64,000 nt of DNA from NCBI RefSeq assembly GCF_009914755.1, contig NC_060930.1. One strand, 5' to 3'. The notes under the pieces were generated by a model. That model had not been told where the DNA came from. It worked only from the letters and a program-made list of their open reading frames with translations, and did no database searches. This document shows positions 1-13,640 of this stretch, in pieces. Position 1 is the first letter of the stretch. Each line of letters opens with the position of its first letter. A program made the translations under genes and the position numbers. Source of the stretch: the human T2T-CHM13v2.0 reference genome, Homo sapiens.

Positions 1-569
1 TAAAGATTCTTAAGTATATTTTTTAGAAATGGAGAAAGTGATTTACTCTAATGAATTTGTAATATGTCTTTTTTACTACTTAGATATTTTATTTAGAAAC
101 CAACACGCACACAAAAATTTACAGTATCCTATTCACACTGTATAAGACTATACATGAGAGTCAAAGATGCTCTATAACAAGATTTGAACACAAGAATAGA
201 GGTAGAAGTCTTCTAAGTGTGACAGTTAAAAATATAATCTCAGATGAGCTGTCCAAGCCTGTGATACAGAGAAACAGAAGACAATCAGGTGAATACATCC
301 ATAAAAGACGGGTTATAGGAAAGTCAGAGAATAAAATAATAGATTTGTATTTGAACAGTAGGGAATTAAATATTGATATTTATTAAAATTAGATTGAACA
401 AAATAATGTCTTTTGTTTAAATGTCTTGTGTTACTATTTAGAAAGTGGTATCTTAATTTATAATGAGATTTCAGAATTCATTTTTTTCTTCTTTTGGAAA
501 GATCATAACTATTATGAAATATATAATTTCAGATGTACTAAAAAGTCATTTGAAATGTTAGGCACAAAC

Positions 570-730
570 AGAAACACCTCTTAGCTCTATGTCTAGGCAA
601 GTTTCTTAGTTTCTATAAATTTAATTTTATACTGTCATTATAAGCATTAAATGAAATAAAGAATATGAAGCATTTATTAATATATCTGTCATATTATTTG
701 TTTTATAAATATTGGGTGTTTATCATAGTA
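570..730 (+). mobile_element. MIR fragment (highly decayed)
   Basis: ggcaagtttctt..gtttct..taaa and attaaatgaaataa..tatgaagcattt resemble the MIR core/3' half; boundaries approximate. Confidence 0.4.
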
Positions 731-949
731 TTGGTATTATTGAATTAATCTGGGTATAGAGGCAAATAACACTGATCTTACATGCAATTGAAAATTGTAC
801 GTTAGCATTTTAATTGGCACTTTTAAATCTAAACTTGATTTAAAGTGAACCAAATTCACAAGATGAATTTTGAGGGTTGAGTAAAACATTTATACATGTC
901 CATTAGGAATAGTCATAAAGCTAATGTGTCATAAGTGTACACACCATGG

Positions 950-1140
950 TGGGCCAGATTTTTATTCTAGTTACATCAAACTTCATTTGCCTGGTTAGCT
1001 TTTTGTAATTAAAAAGACAAGTGAGTGTATATCTATTCATGGGGTTTCTTTTATGATAATGTTAAAGATAATGCATAGGAAGCACCTAGAACAGTGAAAT
1101 CGACATACTGCAAGCTCTATAAGTGGTTGCTCTTATTATA
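950..1140 (+). mobile_element. MIR fragment
   Basis: taaagataatgcataggaagcacctagaacagtg...gctctataagtggttgctcttatta matches the MIR 3' end pattern. Confidence 0.5.
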
Positions 1141-1749
1141 GTTATGGAGTAGATGCTATCACTAGACATATTACTTTGTCTTCCCTGTTCAACCTCCAAC
1201 TTTGCCTTATTTCACCACATGCCATTTCCACATGTTCCAAAATCCTGCAGCTCTTACTTTCCACCACACGGGTATAGCAAGAGAGGACTCAAAGTTCCTT
1301 GCTTATCTTTCAAATGCTAACTCTTTCAGATACTAATGCTACTGATGTTATCAAAGTGCTGTATTGGAAAACTTATTTTAAAAAGACATGAACCTTTGGT
1401 GAGCAATTAAACATTGCTATAAGACATGATACAAGAAAGTTTAAAACAAAACATTATTTTTCATGTACAAATAAGTGTTTCCTGGACATGTGTAGAATTT
1501 TTCTTCTGTGCTGACATTGAACAGGGAGTAACAGTCACTGATCCATTCATCAGTTATAATTTCTTGTGTACTTCCTGTGCTTCTTGATCTTCCCAATGAC
1601 AATACAGGATGATAATGTGTCTATCGTCAAAGAACAAAATGTCTTTTCTGGGGGGGCATGTCTGAACCAGTTGAAAGTGATCCTCAGCCTATTTTCATGA
1701 GTTATATTGCATAAATTGATCATTCACATCTTCATATATGCCTCTCCCC

Positions 1750-1751
<2 letters not shown>

Positions 1752-1796
<45 letters not shown>

Positions 1797-1810
1797 AGAG
1801 AGACAGAGAG
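1752..1810. repeat. (CA)n-(GA)n compound microsatellite
   Basis: directly visible. Confidence 0.97.
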
Positions 1811-2044
1811 GCCACCATTAGTTAAACAGGAAATGCAAGATGCTTTTAAAATAGGCTGGGCAAAGTATATATTTATATTTCATAACTCTCCTCAGAATTA
1901 ATAACTCAGAAGCATATTTATTATTCCATGTCAATTCTGAAATATGTAGCAACCAGGAGAGAACTGTGACATTTATTGACTGTCAATGTTTTCAAGTATT
2001 ATCTAGCACTTCAGGGCAGCCTTTATTTTCAAGTTGAAGAGAAG

Positions 2045-2240
2045 ACAGCATGGCCTAATAGAAACAGTATTAACTTCAGAAACAAAAATTTCTGTTGGGT
2101 TCAAATCTGGTTTCATTACTTGCTTTTATGAACCTGAACAAAATAACTTTCCCTGCTCACGGAGTTTTTGTGATTCTCAAGGACAATAGTTTATAAGGGT
2201 TGTTGGCTTGGGTGTGTAGTGTTGTAAGTAAACTTCTTGT
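2045..2240 (+). mobile_element. MIR fragment
   Basis: cagcatggcctaatagaaa...gggttcaaatctgg is the MIR 5' tRNA-derived box B-like motif. Confidence 0.55.
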
Positions 2241-2589
2241 GCCAGCTTTTCTGTGTTTAACATTATTTCTATAATGCAAGTATACTAACTTTTAGAGACT
2301 TAATGGATAAAATAAAGAAGTATTTCAATATTGAAATGTATTCAAAATGCACAATGACTGCAAGAATGTAGTTATAAATAAACCAGGCCCACCATGCTGA
2401 TAATTTTTCAAATAGATCTACATGATTAACTCAATCTAATGTTACAAACATTTACAGTAGTATATATATTATCAACTCATTCAACAAACATGTTTAACCA
2501 ATGAACAATGTAATCAAATACGTTTAGTACACTTTAGGAAAACCAGTCTGATACGTGACTAAACAGAATACATATTTGGGCAGCATAAT

Positions 2590-2725
2590 AACTAATATAA
2601 GCTGAAATTTATTGAAAGCTTACTATATATAACACGTGTCCCAAAGTTATCACATTTAATCCTGCAACAAGCTTATCAAGCAGTACTATCATCATTCCCA
2701 CAGTACAAATGGAAAAAATCAGGTA
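2590..2725 (-). mobile_element. MIR fragment
   Basis: atttattga..cttacta...catttaatcct..caaca..ctt...tactatcatcattccca...acaaatggaaaaa is the antisense MIR pattern. Confidence 0.6.
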
Positions 2726-3992
2726 GACAATCAAACAGATATGCACACATCAAACCTAGAAATAAAGTTTAAGAAAGTTGCCTAAAGTGACCAGGATAAC
2801 AGAGGGAGATGAAATCAACCATTATAAAAGTGGTAGTAGAAGAATTTGCACACAGGGTAGGTAGATCTAGAGTCACTCTTAACCATTGCATAAATATCAC
2901 AGAGGCAGCCCCCATCCGTAAAGCCTACAATAGTCTCAATTATATATTTTTAGGAATTACTTCTTAGTAAATATCTTATTCATAAGAGCAGCTAAGATTA
3001 CCAGTAACTCAATCTGAAAAAGTCATTTTTTTCACAGTGTCTTAACAACCTAAAAATCCAATGAAAGTTGTTCACAACTAGTTTTAGGTAAAGATGGTGA
3101 TGTATAATCTGTCTAACTTGTCCTTTCACTCCATCCCTATTTTCTCACTGAAAATTTCAATATATATATATATACATATATCGGAACAAATGTAAAAGTT
3201 TGAAGTGTCTTGAACTAGCAATACTTTTCTGTGGATACCCGTGTATATGGATGAGAAATAACGATGGCCCTAAGACATGATGAAACCTGCAAGTGATTTC
3301 TATCTTCCTCGGCTGTAGACCGTAACTCAGGTTCATGTTAGATTTACTGTGCTGAGGAGCTGCTCTGTGGGGTGATCAGGGTTGCTTCAAGATCATCTCT
3401 CTAATTAGTTACCTTTTCATCTGAGACTACTCCAGATTTTATTCCTCTATAGTGCTGTAGATTAAGAAGCCACATCAGACAGAAAAAATGCACACTGCAT
3501 ATAGAAAGGTGAACTAAATAATTAGAAAGTGTTGGAGAATGGAAGAGCATTAGAGGCTATGCACTTTTGGTTGGTTTGCACACCTTCTGCCAAGAGTAAC
3601 TGCACAGCTTGCATGAGATTTTCCAAGGATACATTCACCTTAGCATAATTAGAGAACCAGGCAGTGAGAAGAGATACATGATCATCAGCCTTGTGTATTC
3701 ACTCTGCACATCAGTAGGATTCAGCAGAAGATCTGAGAAAAGGCCTCAAAAGGAATGCAGGTGAAGAGTGAGGGGCAGAAGGAGATGCAGCAGCACTGCT
3801 CCTGAGAAGCAGAGGCCTAGACTGACCTCTTCTCATTCAAAGATGAGTGAAGAGAAAAAAATAGCATGAGATTTATGAAAAAATCCCAAAAAACAAAATA
3901 TAGAGATAACGTATTGAGGATATAGAAGAACATATTTTGGTTAATGATTTAGAAGCAAAAACATAGTACTTTAGAAAGCGTAATATTTAGAA

Positions 3993-3994
<2 letters not shown>

Positions 3995-4047
<53 letters not shown>

Positions 4048-4053
4048 CACACA
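3995..4053. repeat. (CA)n-(TA)n microsatellite
   Basis: directly visible. Confidence 0.97.
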
Positions 4054-6362
4054 TAAGTTCAGAGCATGGAATGCAAATGGCTTTTGGCTAGCTGCCTAAA
4101 ACCTCTCTTGAAAATTCCCAGGAAATCATTGTAAATAACAAAATACAATATCAAATACTATATTTGGCAAGTTACAGACTTACTACTGATGAAATCTGTA
4201 GGCATATTTCAAAATTGTAGGCAATTTCAGGGCATTAACAATAATTAAAAGGGAAGTAGTGGTAAATGCATGAGACAAATAAGAAAACATTACTCAACTA
4301 TAGGGTTTATGCACTGTAGCATCTTCATGGTATGGAGATAGCCAAACAACCAGTATGAGACAGAAAAGTGGTGCTTGTTCAGAAGATGAAATTGATAAAA
4401 TGGAGGAAACAAAGTAATCAGGCAAAAAAAAAAACAGTAACAAAAAAGAGTTATGTAAGACTATGTCTAAACCAATGAGTAAGTAATCTTTTTGTAGTAA
4501 TTATAAAACAGTTCTGCAAACAGGACACTAATAATTATAATGTATTAATTTTCAGAAAGCAAAAGATTCAAAATAGATGTTACAGAGCTCTTTATCATGC
4601 TAAGATATTTACAGTTTCCATTTTCTTAATTGCAAGAACATTTGTAATCAATGTGAAGAAAAATCAAAGGCACAAAGCATTAGTAATTTTCATATAATAT
4701 GTTTGCATTTTTAAATATTAGTTAATTCATTAGTAGGAAAACTCATTTAGGAAGTACAATATTAGAATATTCACCTAAGGGTAAATTTACATAGGAGGTA
4801 AGTGACAGCTCATTTTCAATTTAATTCATTAAAGTATTCCTCTCTACTCCAAAAGAGATAAATAGACTTTGTCAGAGATTTCTGCCTAAGGTGTTAAACA
4901 TTGCTCATAGTTCAATGTTTAAATAGTTTAAAAAACAGGATCATCATGGCAGATGGGAGGCCGGACTAGATTGCAGTTCCGGACAGAGTAACGTGCGGAG
5001 GCTCGCATTGTGAATTTTAGCTCCAGATCAACTGCAAGAACAAACCAGCAACCCTGAGAGGACCCACAGACCCTCTGAAGGAAGTGGACTGCTTCTGCAG
5101 GACCCAGGAGACACCTCAAATATTGTGCATGCCGCAACTGTGGAAGTGAGAAAGGGGACTATTCCTCTGCTGAGCACACACTCCCACTGGAGAAACTGAA
5201 GGCCTGTTTGTGGGAGAAGTTTCCAACCTTACCTGGAGCTGAGTCAATTTAGAGAGCTGAGTGAAATACAGGGGTAGGGGAAGCAGCAGAAAGGCCCTGG
5301 GAGCTCACTAGGTCCCCAAGCAGCCCATTCCTGCCTGGCACCACAGGGATCCATCAGGAGGGCAGCCAGAGGAGCAGGGGTTAAAATTCCACAGGGAAGG
5401 AAATCTCTAGTTGAATTTTGTAACAACTTGAACAGGCAGAGAAGCCTCCTGGCCAGAACTCAAGGGTGGTTTCAAATCCAGTGTGCAGACTCCACAGGCT
5501 GGGGAAGAACTAAGCCCTCTTCTTTCACAGCTGGGAGGCAGGTAGCCTGGGGCAAGTTTTCAAGCCCGTCTTGCCCATGGCCCGGAAACAGAACTTTGGG
5601 GGACTGTTGGGGTATAGGGAGGCGTGGTGGGAGTGAGACTGGCCCTTCAGTTTGCGTGGGAGCTGGGTGAGGCCTGTGACTGCCGGCTTACCCCCACTTC
5701 TGTGACAACCTGCATGACTCAGCAGAGGCAGCCATAATCCTCGTAGGTACACAACTCCAGTGACCTGGGAATCTCAGCCCTGTCCCCCACAGCAGCTGCA
5801 GAAATACCTACTCAAGGAGAGTCTGAGCTCAGACACGCCTAGCCCTGCCCCCATCTGATAGTCTTTCCCTACCCACCCTGATAGCAGAAGACAAAGGGCA
5901 TAAAATCTTGGGAGTTCTAGGGCCCCGCTCACCACTGGTACCTCTCCATACTACTACAGTTGATGCTGTCTGGAAAGTGCCACCTCCCAGCAGGAGGCCA
6001 ATGAGCACAAAAATAGAGCATTAAGCCACCAAAGTTAAGAACCCTCACAGAGTCCATTGCAACCCCCCGCCGCCCCCACCACCTCCACCAGAACAGGAAC
6101 TGGTATCTACAGCTGAGAGAACCATAGACAGTTCACATCTCAGGACTCTGTGCAGATAACCTGCAGTAGCAGCCTGGAGCTGGGTAGACTCGCTGGGTGA
6201 CTAGACCCAAAAGAGAGACAACAATCACAGCTGTTCAGCTCACAGGAAGCCACATCTATAGGAAAGGGGGAGAGTATTACATCAAGGAAACACCCCATGG
6301 GACAAGAGAATCTGAACAACAGCCTTCAGCCCTAGACCTTCCCTTTGACAGAGACTACCCTA

Positions 6363-7703
<1,341 letters not shown>

Positions 7704-7794
7704 ATTACTCAGGACCTATAAAACAAAAATACAAATTAAAAAGCAAAAACAAAACAAAACAAAAAAACAAAGTACACAGGCAATAAAGAGCACA

Positions 7795-10700
7795 ATGAAT
7801 GCAACAGTACCTCATGTGTCAATACTAACATTGAATGTAAATGGCCTAAATGTTACACTTAAAAGATACAGGACCACAGAATGGATAAGAACTCACCTAC
7901 AAACTATCTGCTGTCTTCAGGAGACTCACCTAACACATAAGGACTCACATAAACTTAAAGTAAAGGGGTGGGAAAAGGCATTTCATGCAAATGAACACCA
8001 AAAGCGAGCAGGAGTAGCTGTTCTTATATCAGACAAAACAAACTGTAAAGCAACAGCAGTTAAAAAAGACAAAGAGGGACATTATACAATGCTAAAAAAC
8101 CTTGTCCAACAGGAAAATATCACAATCCTAAACATATGCACCTAATATTCACACTCCCAAACTCATAAACAATCACTAATACACATAAGAAATGAGATAG
8201 ACAGCAACACAATAATAGTGGGGGACTTCAATACTCCACTGATAGCACTAGACAGGTCATCAAGACAAAGTCAACAAAGAAACAATAGATTTAAACTATG
8301 CCTTGGAACAGAACATTTCACCCAACAACCACAGAATATACTTTCTATTCAACAGCACATGGAACTTTCTCCCTGATAGACCATGTGATAGGCCACCAAA
8401 CAAGTCTCAATAAATTTAAGAAAATTGAAATTATCAGACCAGTTCTAGGAGCTTTCTGGAGCAGTGTCTCAGACCACAGTGGAATAAAACTGGACATCAA
8501 TTCCAAAAGGAACATTCAAAACCATGCAAATACATGGAAATTAAATAATCTGTTTCTGGAGGAATATTGGGTCAAAAACAAAATCAAAAAGAAAATTAAA
8601 AAATTCTTCAAACTGAATGACAATAATGACACAACCTACCAAAACCTTTCGGATACAGTAAAGGCAGTGCTAAGAGGAAAGTTCATAGCACTAAACGCTT
8701 ACATCAAGAAAACTGAAAGAGAACAAACGAACATTCTAAGGTCACACATCAAGGAACTAGAGAAACAAGAACAAACCAAACCCAAACCCAGCAGAAGAAA
8801 GGAAATAACTAAGATCAGAGCAGAGCTAAATGAAATTGAAACAAACAAACAAACAAAAACTACAAAGATAAATAAAACAAAAAGCTGGCTCTTCAAAAAC
8901 ATAAATAAAATTGATAGTCCATTAGCAAGATTAACCCAGAAAAGAAGAGACAAAATCCAAATAACCTCAATAAGAAATGAAACAGGAGATATCACAACTG
9001 ACACTACTGAAATAAAAAAGATCATTCAAGGCTACTATGAACACCTTTACACACATAAACTAGAAAACCTAGAAGAGATGCGTAAATTCCTGGAAAAATA
9101 CAACCCTCCTATTCAGATACCCTGAACAGACCAATAACAAGCAGTCAGATTGAAATGGTAATTTAAAAATTACCCAGGAAAAAAAGTCCAGGACCAGCCT
9201 GATTCACAGCAGAATTGTACCAGACATTCAAAGAATTGGTGCTAATCCTTTTGACACTATTCCACAAGATAGAGAAAGAAGGAACCCTCCCTAATTCATT
9301 CTACAAAGCCACCATCACCCTAATTCCAAAACCAGGGAAGGGCATAACCAAGAAAGAAAACTACAGACCAATATCCTTGATGAATAGATGCTAAAATCCT
9401 TAACAAAATACTAGCTAACTGAATCCAACAACATTTCAGAAAGATAACCCACCATAATCAAGTGGGTTTCATACCAGGGATGCAGGGATGGTTTAACATA
9501 CACAAGTCAGTAAATGTGATATGCCACATAAGAAGAATTAAAAACAAAAACCATTTGATCACCTCAATAGATGCAGAAAAAGAATTTTCAGCATCCCTTT
9601 ATGATTAAAACTCTCAGCAAAATTGGCATACAAAGAACATCCCTTAATGTAATAAAATCCATCTAGGACAAACCCACAGCCAACATAATACTGAATGGGG
9701 AAAAGTTGAAAGCATTTTCCCTGAGAAATGGAACAAGACAAGGATGCCCACTCTCACCACTACTCTTCAACATAGTATTGGAAGTCCTAGCTAGGGCAAT
9801 CAGACAAGAGAAGGAAATGAAGGGCATCCAAATCGGTAAAAAGGAAGTCAAACTGTCACTGTTTGCTGATGATATGATCGTTTACCTTGAAAACCCTAAA
9901 GACTCCTCCAGAAAGCTCCTAAAATTGATAAAAGAATTCAGCAAAGTTTCCAGATACAAGGTTAATGTACACAAATCAGTAACTCTTCTATACACCAACA
10001 GCGACCAATCGGATAATCAAATCAAGAACTCAACCCCTTTTACAATAGATGCAAAAAAACCCAAAACACTTAGGAATATACCTAACCAAAGAGTCAAAAG
10101 ACCTCTACAAGACCTCTACAAAACACTGCTAAAATAAATCATAGATGACACAAAGAAATGGAAACACATCCATGCTCATGGATGGGTAGAATCAATATTG
10201 TGAAAATGACCACACTGCCAAAAGCAATCTACAAATTCAATGCAATCCCCATCAAAATGCCACCATCATTCTTCATAGAATTAGAAGAAAACAATTTTAA
10301 AATGTATATGTAACCAAAAAAAAGCTTGCATGGCCAAAGCAAGACTAAGCAAAAAGAACAAATCTGAAGGCATCGCACTACCTGATTTCAAACTATAAGG
10401 ACATGGTCATCAAAACAGTTTGTTACTGGTATAAAAATAGGCACATAGACAAGTGGAACAGAATAGAGAATTCAGAAATAAAGCCAAATACTTACAGCCA
10501 ACTGATCTTTGACAAAGCAAACAAAAACATAAAGTGGGGAAAGGACACCGTTTTCAACAAATGGTGCTGGGATAATTGGCTACCCACATGTAGGAAATGA
10601 AACTGGATCCTCATCTCTCACCTAATCCAAAAATCAACTCAAGATGGATTAAGGAGTTAAACCTAAGATCTGAAACTATAAAAATTCTAGAAGATAACAT

Positions 10701-11640
10701 TGGAAAAACCTTTCTAGACATTTGCTTAGGAAGGATTTCATGACCAAAACCCCAAAAGCAAATGCAATAAAAACAAAGATAAATAGACGGGACCTAATTA
10801 AACTAAAGTGCTTTTGCATGTCAAAAAGAACAGTCAGCAGAGTAAACAGACAACCCACAGAGTGGGCGAAAATCTTCACCATCTATACATCTGACAAAAG
10901 ACTAATATCCAGAATCTACAACAAACTCAAACAAATCAGTAAGAAAAAAACAAACGGTCCCATCAAAAAGTGGGCTAAGACAGGAATAGACAATTCTCAA
11001 AAGAAGTTATACAAATGGCCAACAAACATATGAAAAAACGCTCAACATCACAGATGATCATGGAAATGCAAATCAAAACCACAATGCAATACCAACTTAC
11101 TCCTGTAAGAATTGCCATAATCAAAAAAATCAAAAAACAGTAGATGCTGGTATGGATGCAGTGATCAGGGAACACTTCTACACTGCTAATTGAATATAAA
11201 TTAGTACAACCACGATGATAAACAGTGTGGAGATTCCTTAAGGAACTAAAAGTAGAACTGTCATTTGATCCAGCAATCCCACTACTGGGTATCTACCCAG
11301 AGGAAAAAAAGTCATTATTTGAAAAAGAAACTTGCACATGCATGTTTATAGCAGCTTAAGTCACAGTTGCAAAATCGTGGAACCAACCCAAATGCCAATC
11401 AATCAAGTGGATAAAGAAACTGTGATATACATATATAAAAATATATTTTTATATAATATATATTTTATATTTATATATAAATATATATTTGATGGAATAC
11501 TACTCAGCCATAAAAAGGAATAAATTAACAGCATTTGCAGTGACCTGGATGAGATTGCAGATTATTATTCTAAGTGAAGTAACTCAGGAATGGAAAAGCA
11601 AACATCATATATTCTCACTCATAAGTGGAAGCTAAACTAT
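7795..11640 (+). pseudogene. L1 ORF2p remnant (endonuclease + reverse transcriptase), fragmented
   Basis: EN motifs LNVNGL, CLQETH, GDFN, SDH; RT motifs [13 protein letters not shown] and FADD; many stops and indels. Confidence 0.93.
11424..11490. repeat. TA-rich expansion with two perfect palindromes near the L1 3' end
   Basis: tatataaaaatatatttttatata (11432-11455) and tatatttatatataaatata (11466-11485). Confidence 0.9.
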
Positions 11641-11837
11641 GAGGACACAAAGGCATAAGAATGAGATAATCAACTTTGGGGACTTGGGGAGAAATGTTGT
11701 GGCGGGGGCAAGGGATAAAAGACTACAAATAAGGTGCAGTGTATACTGCTTGGGTGATGGGTGCACCAAAGTCTCACAGGTCACCACTAAAGAACTTATT
11801 CATGTAATGAAATACTACCTGTACCCCAATAACTTAT

Positions 11838-11936
11838 GGAAGGAAGGAAGGAAGGAAGGAAGGAAGGAAGGAAGGGAGGGAGGGAGGGAGGGAGGGAGGG
11901 AGGGAGTGAGGGAGGGAGGGAGGGAGGGAGGGAGGA
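11838..11936. repeat. (GGAA)9-(GGGA)n microsatellite in place of the L1 poly(A) tail
   Basis: directly visible, immediately after the L1 3'UTR end. Confidence 0.97.
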
Positions 11937-12329
11937 ACTGTTTGTTTCAATTGGTGTTTTACAATTTTCAACTTTTTGTCCAGATTAGCAGACTTGCCGT
12001 CATTGTCCATAAGCAAATCGCTTTTTTGAAATTCTTTAAAAACGCGTTCAGCTAAATACCAATAGTTGCCAAGCAATCTGGACAGGGTACTCTTTCAGGA
12101 CCAAGGACTGCTGAGAATCACCTTGTGAATACCCAGTGCTAAACCTACTTGTTCCCACATCTTTGCTATTCTTGCCAAGAATACCCTTGATACTCTTGCT
12201 ATCCTGGATGTGTGAGCCCATCTAATTAGCTAACATCTCTGGGTAAAGACTGAATCCTTCAACATTATTGACTGGCTCAAATGAGGTTATTCCAGATAGC
12301 TCTTTTTCATCATACCTGAGGCACCATCC

Positions 12330-12680
12330 CTTCTAACTTGTCCTTATTTCTTTGTTCTGTCCACCTCTTGTACATCCCAGGTTTCTTGTGTGTTTTCATA
12401 GTGGAACAATCTTAATGAACAACTTCTTTTTCTGGCTAACTCCTTTTTATTCTGTGGGTCTCACCTTAAATGTTACTTCTGCTGGGAAATCTTTCATAAA
12501 CTGCAAAGTCTAAGTTTGGTAGCTCTCCTGTGAGTTTCTTTATCCTTTCCCATAACATCACTTATCAAGCACGCTGTGTAGGATAATACAGTGTGCCTTC
12601 TCATTAGATTTTAAATGTTCCTCATGGGCCATTGTATGGTCTGTGTCTATCAGATGACTGGGCATACAGTCAGCATACAT
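12330..12680 (+). mobile_element. L2 3' fragment
   Basis: tggctaactcct...ggtctcaccttaaatgttacttct.ctgggaaatctttc is typical of the L2 3' region. Confidence 0.55.
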
Positions 12681-12684
12681 GCCA

Positions 12685-12771
12685 GAGGGAAAAAAAGGAA
12701 AGGAAAAGAAAAGAAAAAGCAGGGAAGGAGAAAGGGGAGAGAAAAGAAGAGAAGGGAGGGAAAGAAAAAAA
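12685..12771. repeat. GA-rich low-complexity tract
   Basis: directly visible purine tract. Confidence 0.85.
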
Positions 12772-13084
12772 TGTGGCTAAAACCTTAGGTGATTTTTGTT
12801 TCTAATACTGTAAATAGCACTATAATTGTATTGAAAGCCAAAATAGCTGCATTTTTGTCAAAGCATCATAACCAAGTAAACTCTATTTTATTTCCTCCAT
12901 GAGGTCATTCTAAATTAAGAATACAATAAAGAGTATGTTCACAAATCAGAATTCTACCCTGTTTGGGTGTTAGCTACTGAAGTAAGCAATACTACAATTG
13001 CTTCTTTAGACTTCAGTATATAATTATCCACTCAGATTCCTATGTCCTTCAAATTAAAGCTGCTTATCCAATTTGCCACCGATC

Positions 13085-13240
13085 TGTTTATTCAACAAAT
13101 ACTTCATATGTGCTTATTCTGTGGTAAACATCATGCTACTTTCTGTAGCAAATAGTTTCTCATTTATTTCTCAAACCAATCGTTTAATGCAAATGATGTC
13201 ATTATCATCATTTTATCCGATGAGAAAATTGTGGCACAAC
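13085..13240 (-). mobile_element. MIR/L2-tail fragment
   Basis: ttattcaacaaatact...attatcatcattttatccgatgagaaaattgtggcaca (MIR core, antisense). Confidence 0.6.
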
Positions 13241-13344
13241 AATTATATAATTTGCCACCCCAAACAGCCAGTGCTTGTAATCTTTGACACTGTTCTAATA
13301 CAGTTACTCATTTTGTCAAAAGTTAAATAATAACAATAAGAATA

Positions 13345-13640
13345 ATAATCTCTCAGCAAACTAGGGATACAAGAGAATTCCCTCAACCTGTGAAAGGGTT
13401 AAAATATCTACTGCTTTACATCCTATGTAATGATGAAGGACCGAATATTTTCCTCCAAGATGGAGAGTAATACAGGGATGTCAGGTCTTACCACTTCTAT
13501 TCAACATTATAGTGGAAATTCTAGCCACTGCAATCATTTTTTAATTGGGAGTGGGGAGAAGGAAGGAGAAAAGAAGGAAAAAAGGAGAAAAATAAAAGCC
13601 ATAAAGATTAAAAAGAAAAAAAATTATAAGCAATAAGTTT
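13345..13640 (+). mobile_element. Old L1M ORF2 (RT region) fragment
   Basis: ctctcagcaaactagg..., ccacttctattcaacatt...ggaaattctagccactgcaatca homologous to the L1 RT region. Confidence 0.7.

Noticed and set aside
4915-4940. TSD for the full-length L1PB
   Set aside because: No convincing match after the GGAA/GGGA tail; aaatagttt versus aactgttt is too weak
11834-12076. Minus-strand ORF YLAERVFKEFQKSDLLMDNDGK... as a coding exon
   Set aside because: Protein-like by eye, but no recognisable family, weak splice sites, and it runs into the microsatellite
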